Shown here in pieces: positions 34,007-46,254 of a stretch of 64,000 nt of DNA; position 1 is the stretch's first letter; each line of letters begins with the position of its first letter. Position numbers and translations under genes: made by a program. This DNA comes from Eledone cirrhosa (lineage: Eukaryota), in NCBI GenBank assembly GCA_964016885.1, contig OZ024741.1, positions 104,160,001-104,224,000 on the forward strand, given 5' to 3'. The notes beneath the pieces are model-generated. The model saw only the letters and a program-made list of their open reading frames with translations, was not told where the DNA came from and ran no database searches.

Positions 34007-37000
34007 ATTTCGAGGACCGCCGCCAGGTACCGATGGTCGACTCTATCAAATGCTTTAGATTGATCCAAGTTGATCAGTGCCCCACCCGTGCCAGGTTCCT
34101 TAACCACCCTCTCTATGATGTATCGCATGAGATGGAGGTTGTCGTGGATGGATCTGTCCGGAATGGCGCATATCTGCGCCTCTCCCACCAGATCACCGAC
34201 GACAAGCACCAATCTCTTTGCTAAGACCTGGGCCAAAATCTTAAATTCTGCGTTTAGCAGAGTTATGGGCCTGAAGTTGTCTATAACGTCCCCCTTGTTC
34301 AGGTCTTTTCTCAGCAGCGTCACCGCTCCCCGGCTCACAAAACTGGGAATGTTCCCGTTCTGCTGCCAGTTGCAGTAGACATCTGCCAAGAGGTTGCCGA
34401 ACAAATCTGGCATATATGCATAAAGCTCGTAGGGCAGACCATCCAAACCTGGCGATTTACCCCTCGTGCAGTCGGACGTCGCTTCCCGTATTTCACCTGC
34501 TGTTATCGGATTTTCGCAGCACTGCGTTGCGGTCGTCGAGAGCCGCGGCATTCCGTCGAGGTATGCACCGAAGTCCATACTCCGATCCGGCCCGCCGCTG
34601 CTCCCGAACAATTGAGCAAAGTGTTGTTGAAAAGCCGCACACATCTGCTTGGTTTCGAGCAACATGCGCCCGTTTTGATCAGGCAAAGACCGAATTGTGG
34701 ACTTGTTGCCACGTCGCACCTCCACCACGCGGGCCCATTGAATGGCTTTCGTCCCCTCGTGTCTTAGAGCACGCGCTCTAGCTCTGACAACGCAGCCTTC
34801 ATGTTTTGCGTTGAAGTCGAGTGCCAATCTCGCCGCAAGAACGTCGGTTGCGATGCTTGTCCTAAACGCCTCATCTAGCTTTCAAACTAACTCTCCCTCT
34901 ACTCTATTTTCCTCTATCACTACTCCTTTGCTGAACCTTATCGATTCTACTCTAATAACCCTTTTCAGGGTAAACCACCACCTGTTGTTGACGATCGCAC
35001 CCGTCAATGCATGCTTAACTAATTCGCTAATCCGGTCTCTGTAAGCTTTGCGTGCCGGGAACGACGCGTTCAGCTTCCAGTAACCGGGCCCTTGCCTATG
35101 GAGTCTATCTAAGTCATCTTCACAGATCACAAATTTGTGGTCCGTGTAGTCGACTACTTTAAATTGTGGACAACCTACACTAGCCTTATCTGTTTCCCTA
35201 CAGAATATCCTATCTAAATACGATCTGGATGACCCGATGTGGTTTGCCCATGTCCACATTGGCACATTCAGATAATCCAGTCTATACTCATCAGACAGTT
35301 CAAAACGCCTGAGCAGGTTGTTGAGACTTTTACACCCTCCTCCCCTGTCTACTAGCCCCACATAATACCAGCGTGCATCTAAGATACCGTTCCAGTACCC
35401 GCTAACACTAAAGAGCGGGACGTTCCAAGAAAGGTCTCTAGACTTCTGAAGAAATCTGGCCGTCCTGCCCCCGTTGGGGCGTAGACGGCTACTAGCCTGA
35501 AAGTATTGCCTTAGCTGCCTGTCACGTCCAGCACCACCGACTTACCTTATGGGTCCAGGAAGATGGCCCGTATGGCGAGATCCAAGCCTCTCCGAAAAAT
35601 CACAGCAACTCCTCCCCGCGATCCTGGACGGCTGGGAGATGTGTATACATCATAGCCGCCGAAGATCGGTGCGAAGGCTCGTGCTTCGGAGATTCTGGTC
35701 TCGCTGATGGCCACCACATCTATGTTTAGTGACCTGAGGTCGTTGAGCAGGTGAACCTGCTTCCAAGATGACCCCAGGCCACGTACATTTATACTGCCTA
35801 TTCTATGTTGGATGAGGAACGGGGTAAGTGAGAAAGGATCGCTTACCTTGATCGTGTAGGGAAGGGAAAGTAGAACCGTCCCTTCGGCTGGTCATGGGTC
35901 TCCCCAGGATGATATCTGTATAGATTCTTTTGGAGAGTGACCCCCTGAAATCCCCAACGCAGTTGGGGAAATTTTGTTTTAATTGTTTGTAATCTTCGAG
36001 TTCAATTTCCACAATGTTAATATTTTATGGTAATGTTCTTGGTGTTGGTGGGGTGTGGTAATTTACGTCTGAAATATCGGTGGGCTGTTTTATATGTTCC
36101 ATTAATCCTTGGCGTGCAATGTTTATGGCTGTGTACTTTTTTGGGGGAGGGTGGTTTTGTTGCTGTTGGGTGTGTGTGCTTTGTTGTGTTTGCGATGTTG
36201 GTGTTTTTGGTGATGCTGGTGGTGGTGTGGTTGTTGTTGGTGGTGATGCTTGTGGTGGCGATGGTGATGGTGGTGGTGTGGCTGCAAGTCTCCTTGCAGC
36301 CTTTACCCTTCTTTGTTTGTCCTCGCTTTTAGAGGGCGAAACTAAGTGGTTCTTTCGTTTTTGTTTTTTGTGGCAGATCTTTTGCCACTTCACTCCCGCC
36401 TCATACTCCATGTCGGATTCCGTGGCGTCTAGGAGGGGTATGAGCTCCACTGCTGCTGGTGGTGGTAGTGGAGCCCGCTCCGGCGATTTTGCCGCCGGTG
36501 TAGCTACTGCGACTGTTGGTGTTGCCGCCACTGCTGCCGCTGTTTTAGTTGTCTGTGGCGTGGGTATGGGGGCCACGGACGTTGCCCTCCTACTCACCAT
36601 GGAAGGATCTTCTGTCTCTATTGCCTTCCCTGCTCTTGGTAGCAGCGGATCAGGCGTCGGAAGGAGGGGGCCCTCTTCTTGGATGTCTTCTGCGGGCAGA
36701 AGGCCCTGAGGTGACCCTTTTGCCCACAGAGATAGCACTTTGGGCGCCTTCCTTCCACGCTTATAGGGAGTTGGAGTCCTTCCTTGAGGTCTATGATATC
36801 TGGGATGGCCTCGATGCACTCCTGGTCAGTTTGTATTAGCATTTGCATGCCTATACCTGACCATTTCTCTCTTCCCATTCTCTGTATTTGCAGTATGGTG
36901 GTCCTGTCCTCGATTCCAGCAAGTACAGACGCGGCCAACCTTGGTATGGGCACGTCCGGCGGGATCTGGGTCACTTTGACCCTCACAATTTTCTGCCCGC

Positions 37001-38005
37001 AGTAGGTGGGCACCAAGACTATCTTCTCACTCTTTAGGGTTTCCAAAGAATGAGACTTCGCCTCTTGGGGGTGGCGAAAAGTACGCCTACTGTGGCATAC
37101 TTTTTGCCTCGCGTGATGTGGGTTTTGCGCGCCCGGACACACCCCAAGGCCTTTTGAATTTGAGCCTCCATGGCTCTCTCCACCCGATGTGACATTTTAC
37201 TTACGGTACGGTAAATCACCGTGCGTAGCTGCTGGTCCTTGAAAAAATCGGGTGGAGGTTTCAGGAAACTCTATTGTCATTTCTTGTCACCATGGCTCTT
37301 GCGACTGCCATCTCCTTCTCTGTGACTAGCACTGTTTCTATATTTCGGGCCACACCTGCGAAAGAAGTGGCCCCTTTTTCAGCGGCACCATTATTGCTGC
37401 CGCTACTGCTGCTACTGGTCTTGTTGTTGGTGCTGTTGCTGTTGTTACTGCCACAAACGGTGTTGTTGGTGGTGTTGTTGTTATCGCTGTTGTAGTTGGT
37501 TGTATTTTTGGTGCCACCGTTGTTGTTTTCGGTGCAATTTGTATTGTTGCTGTTGGTGTTGTCGTTGTTTATTTTCTTATTAGTTGTTGTATTTGTTGTC
37601 ATTTTTCTCTGTTGTCTGTATTTTGGTTGTCGCTGTTATTGTTGTAGTTGGTGTGGTAATTTTTTAAAAACTAGTGTTCTCAGTGTTGTTGTCATTGCTG
37701 TCTTTGTCCACGTTGTTTGTGGTGGTGTTTGTTGTATCAATTTCTGTAACCCTCCTCTCAACTTTTACGCCGTTGTCACACGACAGCAGACATATTGCGT
37801 AGCTCAGCCATGTTTTTTTTTTAATTTTTAAAAGTAAAATGTTCAAATATTTGGGCCAAAAGGCCCAAATATTATACTTTCCCCTTCACAGGGCAAAGTC
37901 CAAGGGCTTATATCCCTTACTCAACAAGAAAAATTTAACAACAAATAATTATGACAGGTAAATAAAGCGACTTACTGGGACTGAGCAAAAAGACGTCAGA
38001 ACAGA
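34007..38005 (-). mobile_element. Tx1/L1-clade LINE, frameshifted; ORF1 with zinc knuckle and ORF2 (APE + RT) cut off at its 3' side
   Basis: CYLCGQKGHLRAFC; SINVRGL, DVVAISETR, YLDRIF, TDHK, GPGYWKLN; KSPGLDGLPYE, FRPITLLNAEFKILA, LDQSKAFDRVDH. Confidence 0.88.
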
Positions 38006-38009
38006 CCAA

Positions 38010-38830
38010 TAATAATTGTTTCTACTTTTGGCACAAGGCCACCAATTATCTCAGTGTATTACTGGTACTTTATTTTATCGACTACGTAAGGATGAAAGTC
38101 AAAGTTAACCTCGGCGGGATTTGAACTCAGTCCGTAAAGGGACGTAACTGTGCTACAAAGCATGGCGTCCGACCCTCTACTGATACTGCCAATCCCCCGC
38201 AGACCAATGGTTTCTTATATAGGCACAAGGCCAGCAATTTTGGGGAGGGGAAAGTCGATTAAATCAACCCCAGTGCGTGACTGGTACTTTATTTTATCAA
38301 CTCCGTAAGGATGAAAGGCAAAGTTAACCTCGGCGGAATTTGAACTTAGATCACAAAGGACCGTAGCTCTATGCGTCAAAGCATGGTGTCCGACCCTCTA
38401 CCGATAACAATAACAATAAAGAGCAGGAACGAAGTGTCAATATAATAACATCATGTTTATTCACACGTGAGGTGCGTTTCGCAATCGATCAGTTCAAGGT
38501 AATTATCGCACCCGATTCCAGAATCCACAAGTCTGAATCCACCAATCCAGAGTCGGAAGCAATGATTACGGATGGTACTTTGAACTGATCGATCGCATAA
38601 CGCACGTCACGTGTGAATAAACATAATGATGTTATATTGCTACTTCTCCTGCTTCCTGTATAGGGTCGGACACCCTGCTTCGTGACATAGAATTACGACC
38701 CTTTACGTTCTGAGTTCAAATCTCACCGAGGTTAGCTTTGCCTTTCATCCTTACTGGGTCGATAAAATAAAGTACCAGTAATACATTGGGATAATTGTTG
38801 GCCTTGTGCCAAAAGTAGAAACAATTATTT
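38010..38830. mobile_element. Oppositely oriented SINEs (minus 38010-38405, two copies; plus 38660-38830) flanking an imperfect fold-back (38422-38653)
   Basis: SINE cores on both strands; arms tgtttattcacacgtga...atcgatcagttcaa / ttgaactgatcgat...tcacgtgtgaataaaca. Confidence 0.82.
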
Positions 38831-38956
38831 CTTCATAGTTACATTTATACTTATAGCCTCGTTTAAATGATTATTTATGTGGTTGATTTATACGGACTAG
38901 GGAGAGGAAATATTGTATATATTTTATCTAATAATTCTTCAAACTTGCAATTATAT

Positions 38957-39000
38957 ATACTAGCAGAAAAATCACCTTTCGGGTGGTTTTCTGCTAGTAT
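38957..39000. repeat. 44-bp hairpin with CTAG at both ends
   Basis: atactagcagaaaaatcacc-tttc-gggtggttttctgctagtat. Confidence 0.8.
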
Positions 39001-39440
39001 GTGTAGTGTGTATATTGATATTTTACGCAAGTATATATGCATGTAGATATGATACATCAAATAAAATCGTGATTGACAATATACACAGAAATTGAACGAA
39101 GACTGTTTTACACTGTCTTATTTAATCAAAGACGATATCTAATATATATTTGTGAAATGGGTGGTGGCTGAAATTCAGATGTGCACGGTTAAATGGTAGT
39201 AGACGTGGTCGGACGGACATGAAAATTTACACACCTATGTAAAAAGTGCCAAGGAAGCAAATAGACGAGGTTTCAAATCTCTAACTTGAAAAATGTGGTT
39301 CCTAGGGCCCCCAAACAGTCTATTTACTATCGCGTTCGGTGAGTTATTTCCCCCTGTTCTAATACTTGGCTGAGTTATTTACAATTTCATACAAATTTTT
39401 AAACTCATCAACATTCTTTCGCTGTTAACATACAGTACCA

Positions 39441-39895
39441 ATAATTTGAAAAATATTATTGAAAGTTTATTATAAAGAAGCAGTTTCAGGAAAAAGTGTA
39501 AACTATCATACAAACCTTCATAATATGCATTTTTAAACTTGCATATCGACATTGCTATTTCGCTGTTAATAAACTATCATCCTTCTACATTTAACGATCT
39601 TACAGTAGCATTTTATGAAATCGATTCTGCAGTACGGTCACTGTTTTCCATCAAAAGAAATAAAACCCTTAAATTGCGAAGAAGGGACGCGTGTTTTTAT
39701 TTTAATTCTAATACATGTTAACCACCACTAACAGTAAGTAGTATTTTTCAAATTGCATATCATCGACATTGCTATTTCGCTGTTAATAAACAACGCTTCT
39801 CATTGTACGCCGTCCAGCCCCAAGTGCATATTTCTATTTTTTTCCTGAAACTGCTTCTTTATAATAAACTTTCAATAATATTTTTCAAATTATTA
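39441..39895. repeat. ~55-bp inverted repeats enclosing a ~36-bp direct repeat, inside a Helitron-like segment
   Basis: aataatttgaaaaatattattgaaagtttattataaagaagcagtttcaggaaaaa and its reverse complement; catcgacattgctatttcgctgttaataaac-like sequence twice. Confidence 0.8.
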
Positions 39896-40255
39896 ACTTA
39901 ATAAAAAGTGGCCCCGGGTGCAACCGGGCTCAGCTGCTAGTTATATATAAACTGCATTAGGAGAAATTTAGTGACGGAAATATATGAGTATTTATTTAAG
40001 CGATCGCCACCGGAAGTGTTGACATTTGAAAAGTTTAAAGAAGTGAATCTTTAAATAAATAATAAAATATATTTAATGAACAGCCACGAAATTTAGTAGA
40101 TAAATTATGTAATATTCATTCATTATTTATTCAAAGTAATCCAACTTATTTTACTAAGGGGATAAAAAATTATAAATCGTACGCAATCCCGGGGTTCTTA
40201 CTTTATTATAGTTTAGATATATATATATATTGCATATATACACAGTTATATTAGG

Positions 40256-40289
40256 TTCAACGTTTCAGACAGAAGTCTTTCATCAGGAA
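40256..40289 (-). ncRNA. Ultra-minimal (34-nt) hammerhead motif
   Basis: Minus strand: ttc CTGATGA a agac-ttct-gtct GAAA CGTT gaa. Stem II covaries with 93-124 (agac/gtct vs ggac/gtcc). Confidence 0.6.
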
Positions 40290-40829
40290 AGTTCGGATAG
40301 GGAGAGAACAGGTAGATGTATGAGTAGTGTGTGAGGGTTAGGAAAAGGAGGTTGGGAGGAGAAAGATAGGTAGGGGGCTGGTGAAAGGTCCGGCCTGTGG
40401 CGCCAAAGTGGTGGGTTCAAGGGTGTCATGGGTGTGGTTGTGCGTGTGTGTCGAAGGGATGAAATTGGTAGATATGCTTGGCTCCAGTCTGTGTGTGTGT
40501 GTGTGTGTGCGGACACATGGGTGTCTCAGAGTCTTATATAGTTGGCGTGTGCACACATGTATGTGTGTGTATATCAGTGAGTTTTTAGTTTTTTTGTGTG
40601 TATGTGTGTGCGTATGTGTGTGTGGGGGCATATTTATGTTGTTTCATGTATGTGAGTGCATGCGATTGTGTGTGTGTGTGTGTGTATTATCACGTGTGTG
40701 TCAAACAAGGTCGGCAGTGTGTGTGTGTGTGTATTATCACGCGTGTGTCGAATTGAAGGAATTGTCTAATGCCATTCTCGCTGCTCACACGTCAGTTGAA
40801 CTGTTTAGTTTGTGTGTATTTCTTATTTA

Positions 40830-41995
40830 GGGAGAGGGAGTGGGGGGAGATTTTGTCACTTTCTCCCTGGGTGGTGGTATTTGTGTTTGTGTTTGTTGTT
40901 GGTGGTGGTGGTTTAGCTGCTGATACTGCTGGTGTTGTTAATTTGGTTGCAGCTGCCGGTGATGGAGTTGTTGGAGCCGCAGGTTTTTCCCCCCGGCACT
41001 GGTGTTGGCAGCAACGTGGGGTAGGGGATGGGGGTCTTCGGCCTCCCGCAATTTTCAGCTGAGAACAAAGACTTGCATATTAGTGGATTCCTCACTAACG
41101 AAGCAGTGCGGCCTTTCCCCACAGTTACCAATTGAATTTCGTACACGTCCGGTAGTATTACGTGGTCCGGGATATTTTTTATGTCTTCAGGTTTGATTTG
41201 GAGAAGAATCTTCAAACTAGTTCTCCTTCTTTGTAAATTTTACACCGAGGAGAGTATCAGGGCTCTCTTCAGTCACGCACCCCAGGAGCCATAAGTCCAG
41301 TCCTGGCGAGATCTTGGGTTCGCGTACCCTTATACTTCTCGTCCCCGTGTAAGATAGGTACATTATAATTTGGTCCGACTTGCAGGGGACCACCGAATAC
41401 TTGATAGCAAGTCCTTAGTTTTAATGAGCACCGAGATGAACTCGAATTTCTTGGCTCTTGCTTTGTGCTCAATTTCGTTTGAGATGAACTTCAATGCTGC
41501 CTCAACTTGTGCTTGGGAGACCATCTCTGCTTTGTAAGAGTGCACTTCAATGCCTCTATATTTGAGAGCTCTTCTCTCCGTCGCTGCCAGACCATCTGCC
41601 GGAACGTTTAGGTTGGCCCAGGTGTTATATCTAATTATTATTTTTGTTGTCTGGGCCAAAAGTTCTTTCTGATCAGAAATGGCCATAGTGTACAGAGTTT
41701 GTGCTTTGCAGCTGTAACTGCAAAAGAAATATTTTTGTTGTTGTTGCTGGTGTTGTCGTCGTTATTTTCTTTTCATTGTGGCTATTGTTGTTAGTGCTGT
41801 CGTTGTTCACATTGTTGTTGTTTGAGCTGGTGGGGGTAATTTGTTTTACTGCTGTTGTCACTGTTGCCATTGCTGCTGCTGTTTTCCTTTCCTTTTTTGC
41901 TGATGTAGGTATTGTTGTTGTTGGTGTTGTCATTCTTGTCACTGTTATTCTCACTCATATTGTTGTTTTTGAAGTTGGACCTGCTGTTTTTTTTT
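40830..41995 (-). mobile_element. Degenerate ORF1 remnant of a Tx1-like LINE
   Basis: Asn/Thr-rich N-terminus and ILLQIKPEDIKNIPDHVILP, resembling MLIQTDQECIEAIPDIIDL in the 34-38 kb element. Confidence 0.55.
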
Positions 41996-41997
41996 CC

Positions 41998-42255
41998 TTA
42001 CCGCAGGCGCCTGAGGATTACCCTCAGTAGCGCTAGACTGGCGTGTGGGAGACGCACGAGTTCATCCATGCTGGAGCCGAGCTGGTGGTGATAATCCACC
42101 ATCAAGGCCGGACATCTCAGCCAAAGATGTTCGGAGGATTCATCTTCCTCTCCGCACAGACGGCATGTGTTGATTTCCGCTTGGTCGATCATATGGAGCC
42201 ATCTCCTTAATGACGTGTGATGTCCACTTCGGAAGCGGACGAGATGGTTTCTATC
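41998..42255 (-). mobile_element. LINE 3'-end fragment (C-terminal CCHC zinc knuckle)
   Basis: LVRFRSGHHTSL...CRLCGEEDESSEHLWLRCPAL. Confidence 0.7.
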
Positions 42256-42924
42256 TGCTTTTGCTGTTGTTGCTGTTGTTGCTATCATAATTGGGAAATA
42301 TATTTCTTTCATTATCTACCGTATAAATACGGATTTTTACCTTTCTATTTTCTCCATCGTCTGCCTGTTGACAGACGATAGGATTCTCGCTCCTCGACTC
42401 TCTAAATAAACAGTATCGGGGTTACGTCGTGATGACTTACTCTCCATGGTTGAGTTTGTCAATGAAAACATAGTTTATAAATAAAAGTCTGCTGGTAGAC
42501 AATTCCCGTACAGGTGTCTTTCAACACAAAAATACTCTACTTGCAGGAAGCAGGTAGACTTAACTAAATTTTGTTATGATTAAAACTTAAATAAAAACTT
42601 AGAGAAAGCAAAAAAAAAAAAAAAAAATGGGATAAACCCTGTAAATACTGGAGCCGATGTTATGCGTGGCTTTTACTTAGAGAGTCAATAATAATAACAA
42701 CAACAACAGACTGGGGTGTAGTATCTGCCCACCCCTCTCCCTTTCTTTGGTTGCTTGACTCTTTTTTCTTTTTCTCCTTTTCATTTCCTTATTTTTTTGT
42801 TCCCTTTAATAGTGTGTTTTGTTTTTGTATAAACAGCTTTGTAAAATAAAATAACTTAATATAGTATATAAAAAAATGAAGGGTGTTTGTCATTGAAAGA
42901 CAATATATGAGATGATAAACTTAC

Positions 42925-42984
42925 CCAATACTTTTTGGATTTTGGATCATCTTTCGATGTTGTCGCACAACGGTCCATCAGAGT
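42925..42984 (-). CDS. TRPA1: TRPA1-like exon (linker): TLMDRCATTSKDDPKSKKYW
   Basis: Acceptor ttatag|, donor |gtaagt; 60 nt, phase 0-0; aligns to human VLLDFCMLHSTEDKSCRDYY. Confidence 0.85.
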
Positions 42985-43789
42985 CTATAAAAAGGAACGC
43001 AACATTAGAAATATAGTAGCTTTGTGGTAGATTTCCTTGCAAAAGTACTTTGTTGACAGAAAGAGTCAGCAGGAAATAGCAATAGAATCTTCCTTAAATT
43101 AAACGCTAACGTTTTCATGAAGAATTGGACAATTCTTTTATACTTTTAGAAAATTGAAGTTAAGGTTACGATCTTCAAAGTTATGCGAAGTTGGTATTAA
43201 ATTTTAAAGAAGTGGAAATAGACCTCTGTTGGTTTCGATGATGAGTGTTCCAGTTGGCCGATAAATGGAACATCCTGCAATGAAATTGACGTGTAAGTGA
43301 CTGAGCATTCTCCAGGGGGTAACTCTCGAGGGGATTCAGTATGAGAAAGTCTGCGACAAACTTGTCCCTTTAAATTACAGGTGCATTCCACCCAAAGGGC
43401 TTCCAGACAGTTTCTGTCTATCCAATTTCACTCATAAGTTAACTCAAGATTATGGTCAGTGACACTAACCCAAGATGCTATTCAGTCAGATTGACATGGA
43501 ATTTATGATTGTTAAGTCAACTTTTTAAAGCAGCGTCCACAAAATTTAGTTAAAATAAGAGTACACAGCAGATGATCATAAAATAGTAAAGGGTCGTAAC
43601 AATTGTGTCAAAAAATATTGATTTCCGATATTGACACAAGGACACAAAAATTGAGGATGGGGTATAATCCGTTATATGGAATCCAGTACTGGTACTTTAT
43701 TTTATCAACGCCGAACAGATGAAACTGAGATTTGAACTCAGAACATAAAAAGTAGTAACAATTGTAACCTAATACAGCAGCGGATTTAT

Positions 43790-46075
43790 TAAGGACAACC
43801 TTGTATATAGAAGTTTCATTAAGAACAAGCCACTATATAGAAGTCTTATTAAAAACAAGCAGCTATATAGAATGGTTTATTAAGAACAAGCCATTATGTA
43901 AAAGTCTTGTAAAGAACAAGCAGCTATATAGAATGGTTTAGTAAGAACAAGCCACTATATAGAAGTCTTGTAAAGAACAAGCATCTATATAGAATGGTTT
44001 ATTAAGAACAAGCCACTATATACAAGTCTTGTAAAGAACAAGCAGCTATATAGAATGGTTTATTAAAAACAAGCCACTATATAGAAGTCTTATAAAGAAC
44101 AAGCAGCTATATAGAATGGTTTATTAAGAACAAGCCACTATATACAAGTCTTGTAAAGAACAAGCAGCTATATAGAATGGTTTATTAAGAACAAGCCACT
44201 ATATACAAGTCTTGTAAAGAACAAGCAGCTATATAGAATGGTTTATTAAGAACAAGCCACTATATAGAAGTATTATAAAGAACAAGCAGCTATATAGAAT
44301 GGTTTATTAAGAACAAGCCACTATATACAAGTCTTGTAAAGAACAAGCAGCTATATAGAATGGTTTATTAAGAACAAGCCACTATATACAAGTCTTGTAA
44401 AGAACAAGCAGCTATATAGAATGGTTTAGTAAGAACAAGCCACTATATACAAGTCTTGTAAAGAACAAGCAGCTATATAGAATGGTTTAGTAAGAACAAG
44501 TCACTATATAGAAGTCTTGTAAAGAACAAGCAGCTATATAGAATGGTTTAGTAAGAACAAGCCACTATATACAAGTCTTGTAAAGAACAAGCAGCTATAT
44601 AGAATGGTTTAGTAAGAACAAGTCACTATATAGAAGTCTTGTAAAGAACAAGCAGCTATATAGAATGGTTTATTAAGAACAAGCCACTATATACAAGTCT
44701 TGTAAAGAACAAGCAGCTATATAGAATGGTTTATTAAGAACAAGCCACTATATACAAGTCTTGTAAAGAACAAGCAGCTATATAGAATGGTTTATTAAGA
44801 ACAAGCCACTATATACAAGTCGTGTAAAGAACAAGCAGCTATATAGAATGGTTTATTAAGAACAAGCCACTATATACAAGTCTTGTAAAGAACAAGCAGC
44901 TATATAGAATGGTTTAGTAAGAACAAGCCACTATATACAAGTCTTGTAAAGAACAAGCAGCTATATAGAATGGTTTAGTAAGAACAAGCCACGATATACA
45001 AGTCTTGTAAAGAACAAGAAGATATTTAGAATGGTTTATTAAGAACAAGCCACTATATACAAGTCTTGTAAAGAACAAGCAGCTATATAGAATGATTTAT
45101 TAAGAACAAGCCATTATATACAAGTCTTGTAAAGAACAAGCCACTATATACAAGTCTTGTAAAGAACAAGCAGCTATATAGAATGGTTTAGTAAGAACAA
45201 TCTAGTATATAGAAGTATTATTAAGAACAATCCCGCTGAGGTTAGCTTTGCCTTTCATCCTTACGGGGTCGATAAAATAAAGCACCAGTAACACACTGGG
45301 GTCGATTTAATCGACCCCCTCCTTCAAATTGCTGGCCTTGTGCCTGTAGTAGAAATCATTATTAAGAACAACCCTGTATACAGAAGTCTTATCAAGAACC
45401 ATCCAGTGTATAGACGCTTTATTGAGAACACACCACTCTATAGAAGCCTTATTAAGAAACAAACAAACAAAAAACACTATATAGACATTTTATTAAGAAA
45501 TACTCAATATATAGAAGCCTTCTTAAGAGCAATCTATTATGGTATGGTATGGTCCTGTAACTCCTGATAGAGTCGTAGGGGCGCCGTGTTGACATACATC
45601 GTTTCTTGGGCATTTTAAGCCTGGCGGAGCCCATCCCTCTCGAGGCCTGAGTACCGAAGATTTCTTCCAGAGAGAGGTACCAATACTAGACTGGTACTCT
45701 TTTTATCGACCTCGAAAGGATGAAAGGCAAAGTTGACCTCGGCGGAATTTGAACTCAGAGCAGAGGGCCAGAATGAATACTATACAGCATTCTACCCGAC
45801 GTTCTAACAACTCTGCCAATTCGCCGTCTCTTACCAATCTATTATATAGAAGTCCTATTAAGAACAAGCTACTATATAGAAATCTTATTAAATGCATCCC
45901 ACAATGTAGAAGTCTTAATAAATATAACCCACTATACAGAAATCTTATTAAGAACAGCCCACTATATAGAAGTCTTATTAAGAAAAATCCAGTACATAGA
46001 AGGCTTATTAAGAACACTGACAGTACATAGCAGTCTTATTTAGAATACTGATAGTAAACAGAAGGCTTATTAATA
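43790..46075. repeat. Satellite: homogeneous 61-bp (30+31) dimer array to about 45230, then degenerate ~30-bp monomers interrupted by two SINEs (plus 45232-45358; minus 45688-45826)
   Basis: A = aagaacaagccactatatacaagtcttgta, B = aagaacaagcagctatatagaatggtttatt; about 23 AB units. Confidence 0.93.
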
Positions 46076-46254
46076 TTGTTAGTGTATAGTAATTATTTGC
46101 ATTTGAGTGAACTTATAGAAATTGCTTTTATCATTGTCGTATGACAGTCTGCGTGAATAACATTTTGATACCATATTAGACCAGAAATGATAAATCTAAT
46201 CATGACATCTCATCTGTTATAGTATTTCACTTTGTGACTATAGAAACGAGAGAA

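Noticed and set aside
36025-36819. 264-aa Pro/Thr-rich ORF as a host gene
   Set aside because: Frameshifted continuation of the Tx1-like ORF1 after its zinc knuckle.
43790-45230. CRISPR-like regular array
   Set aside because: The intervening segments are themselves repeated, there are no unique spacers or cas genes, and the context is a eukaryotic intron.
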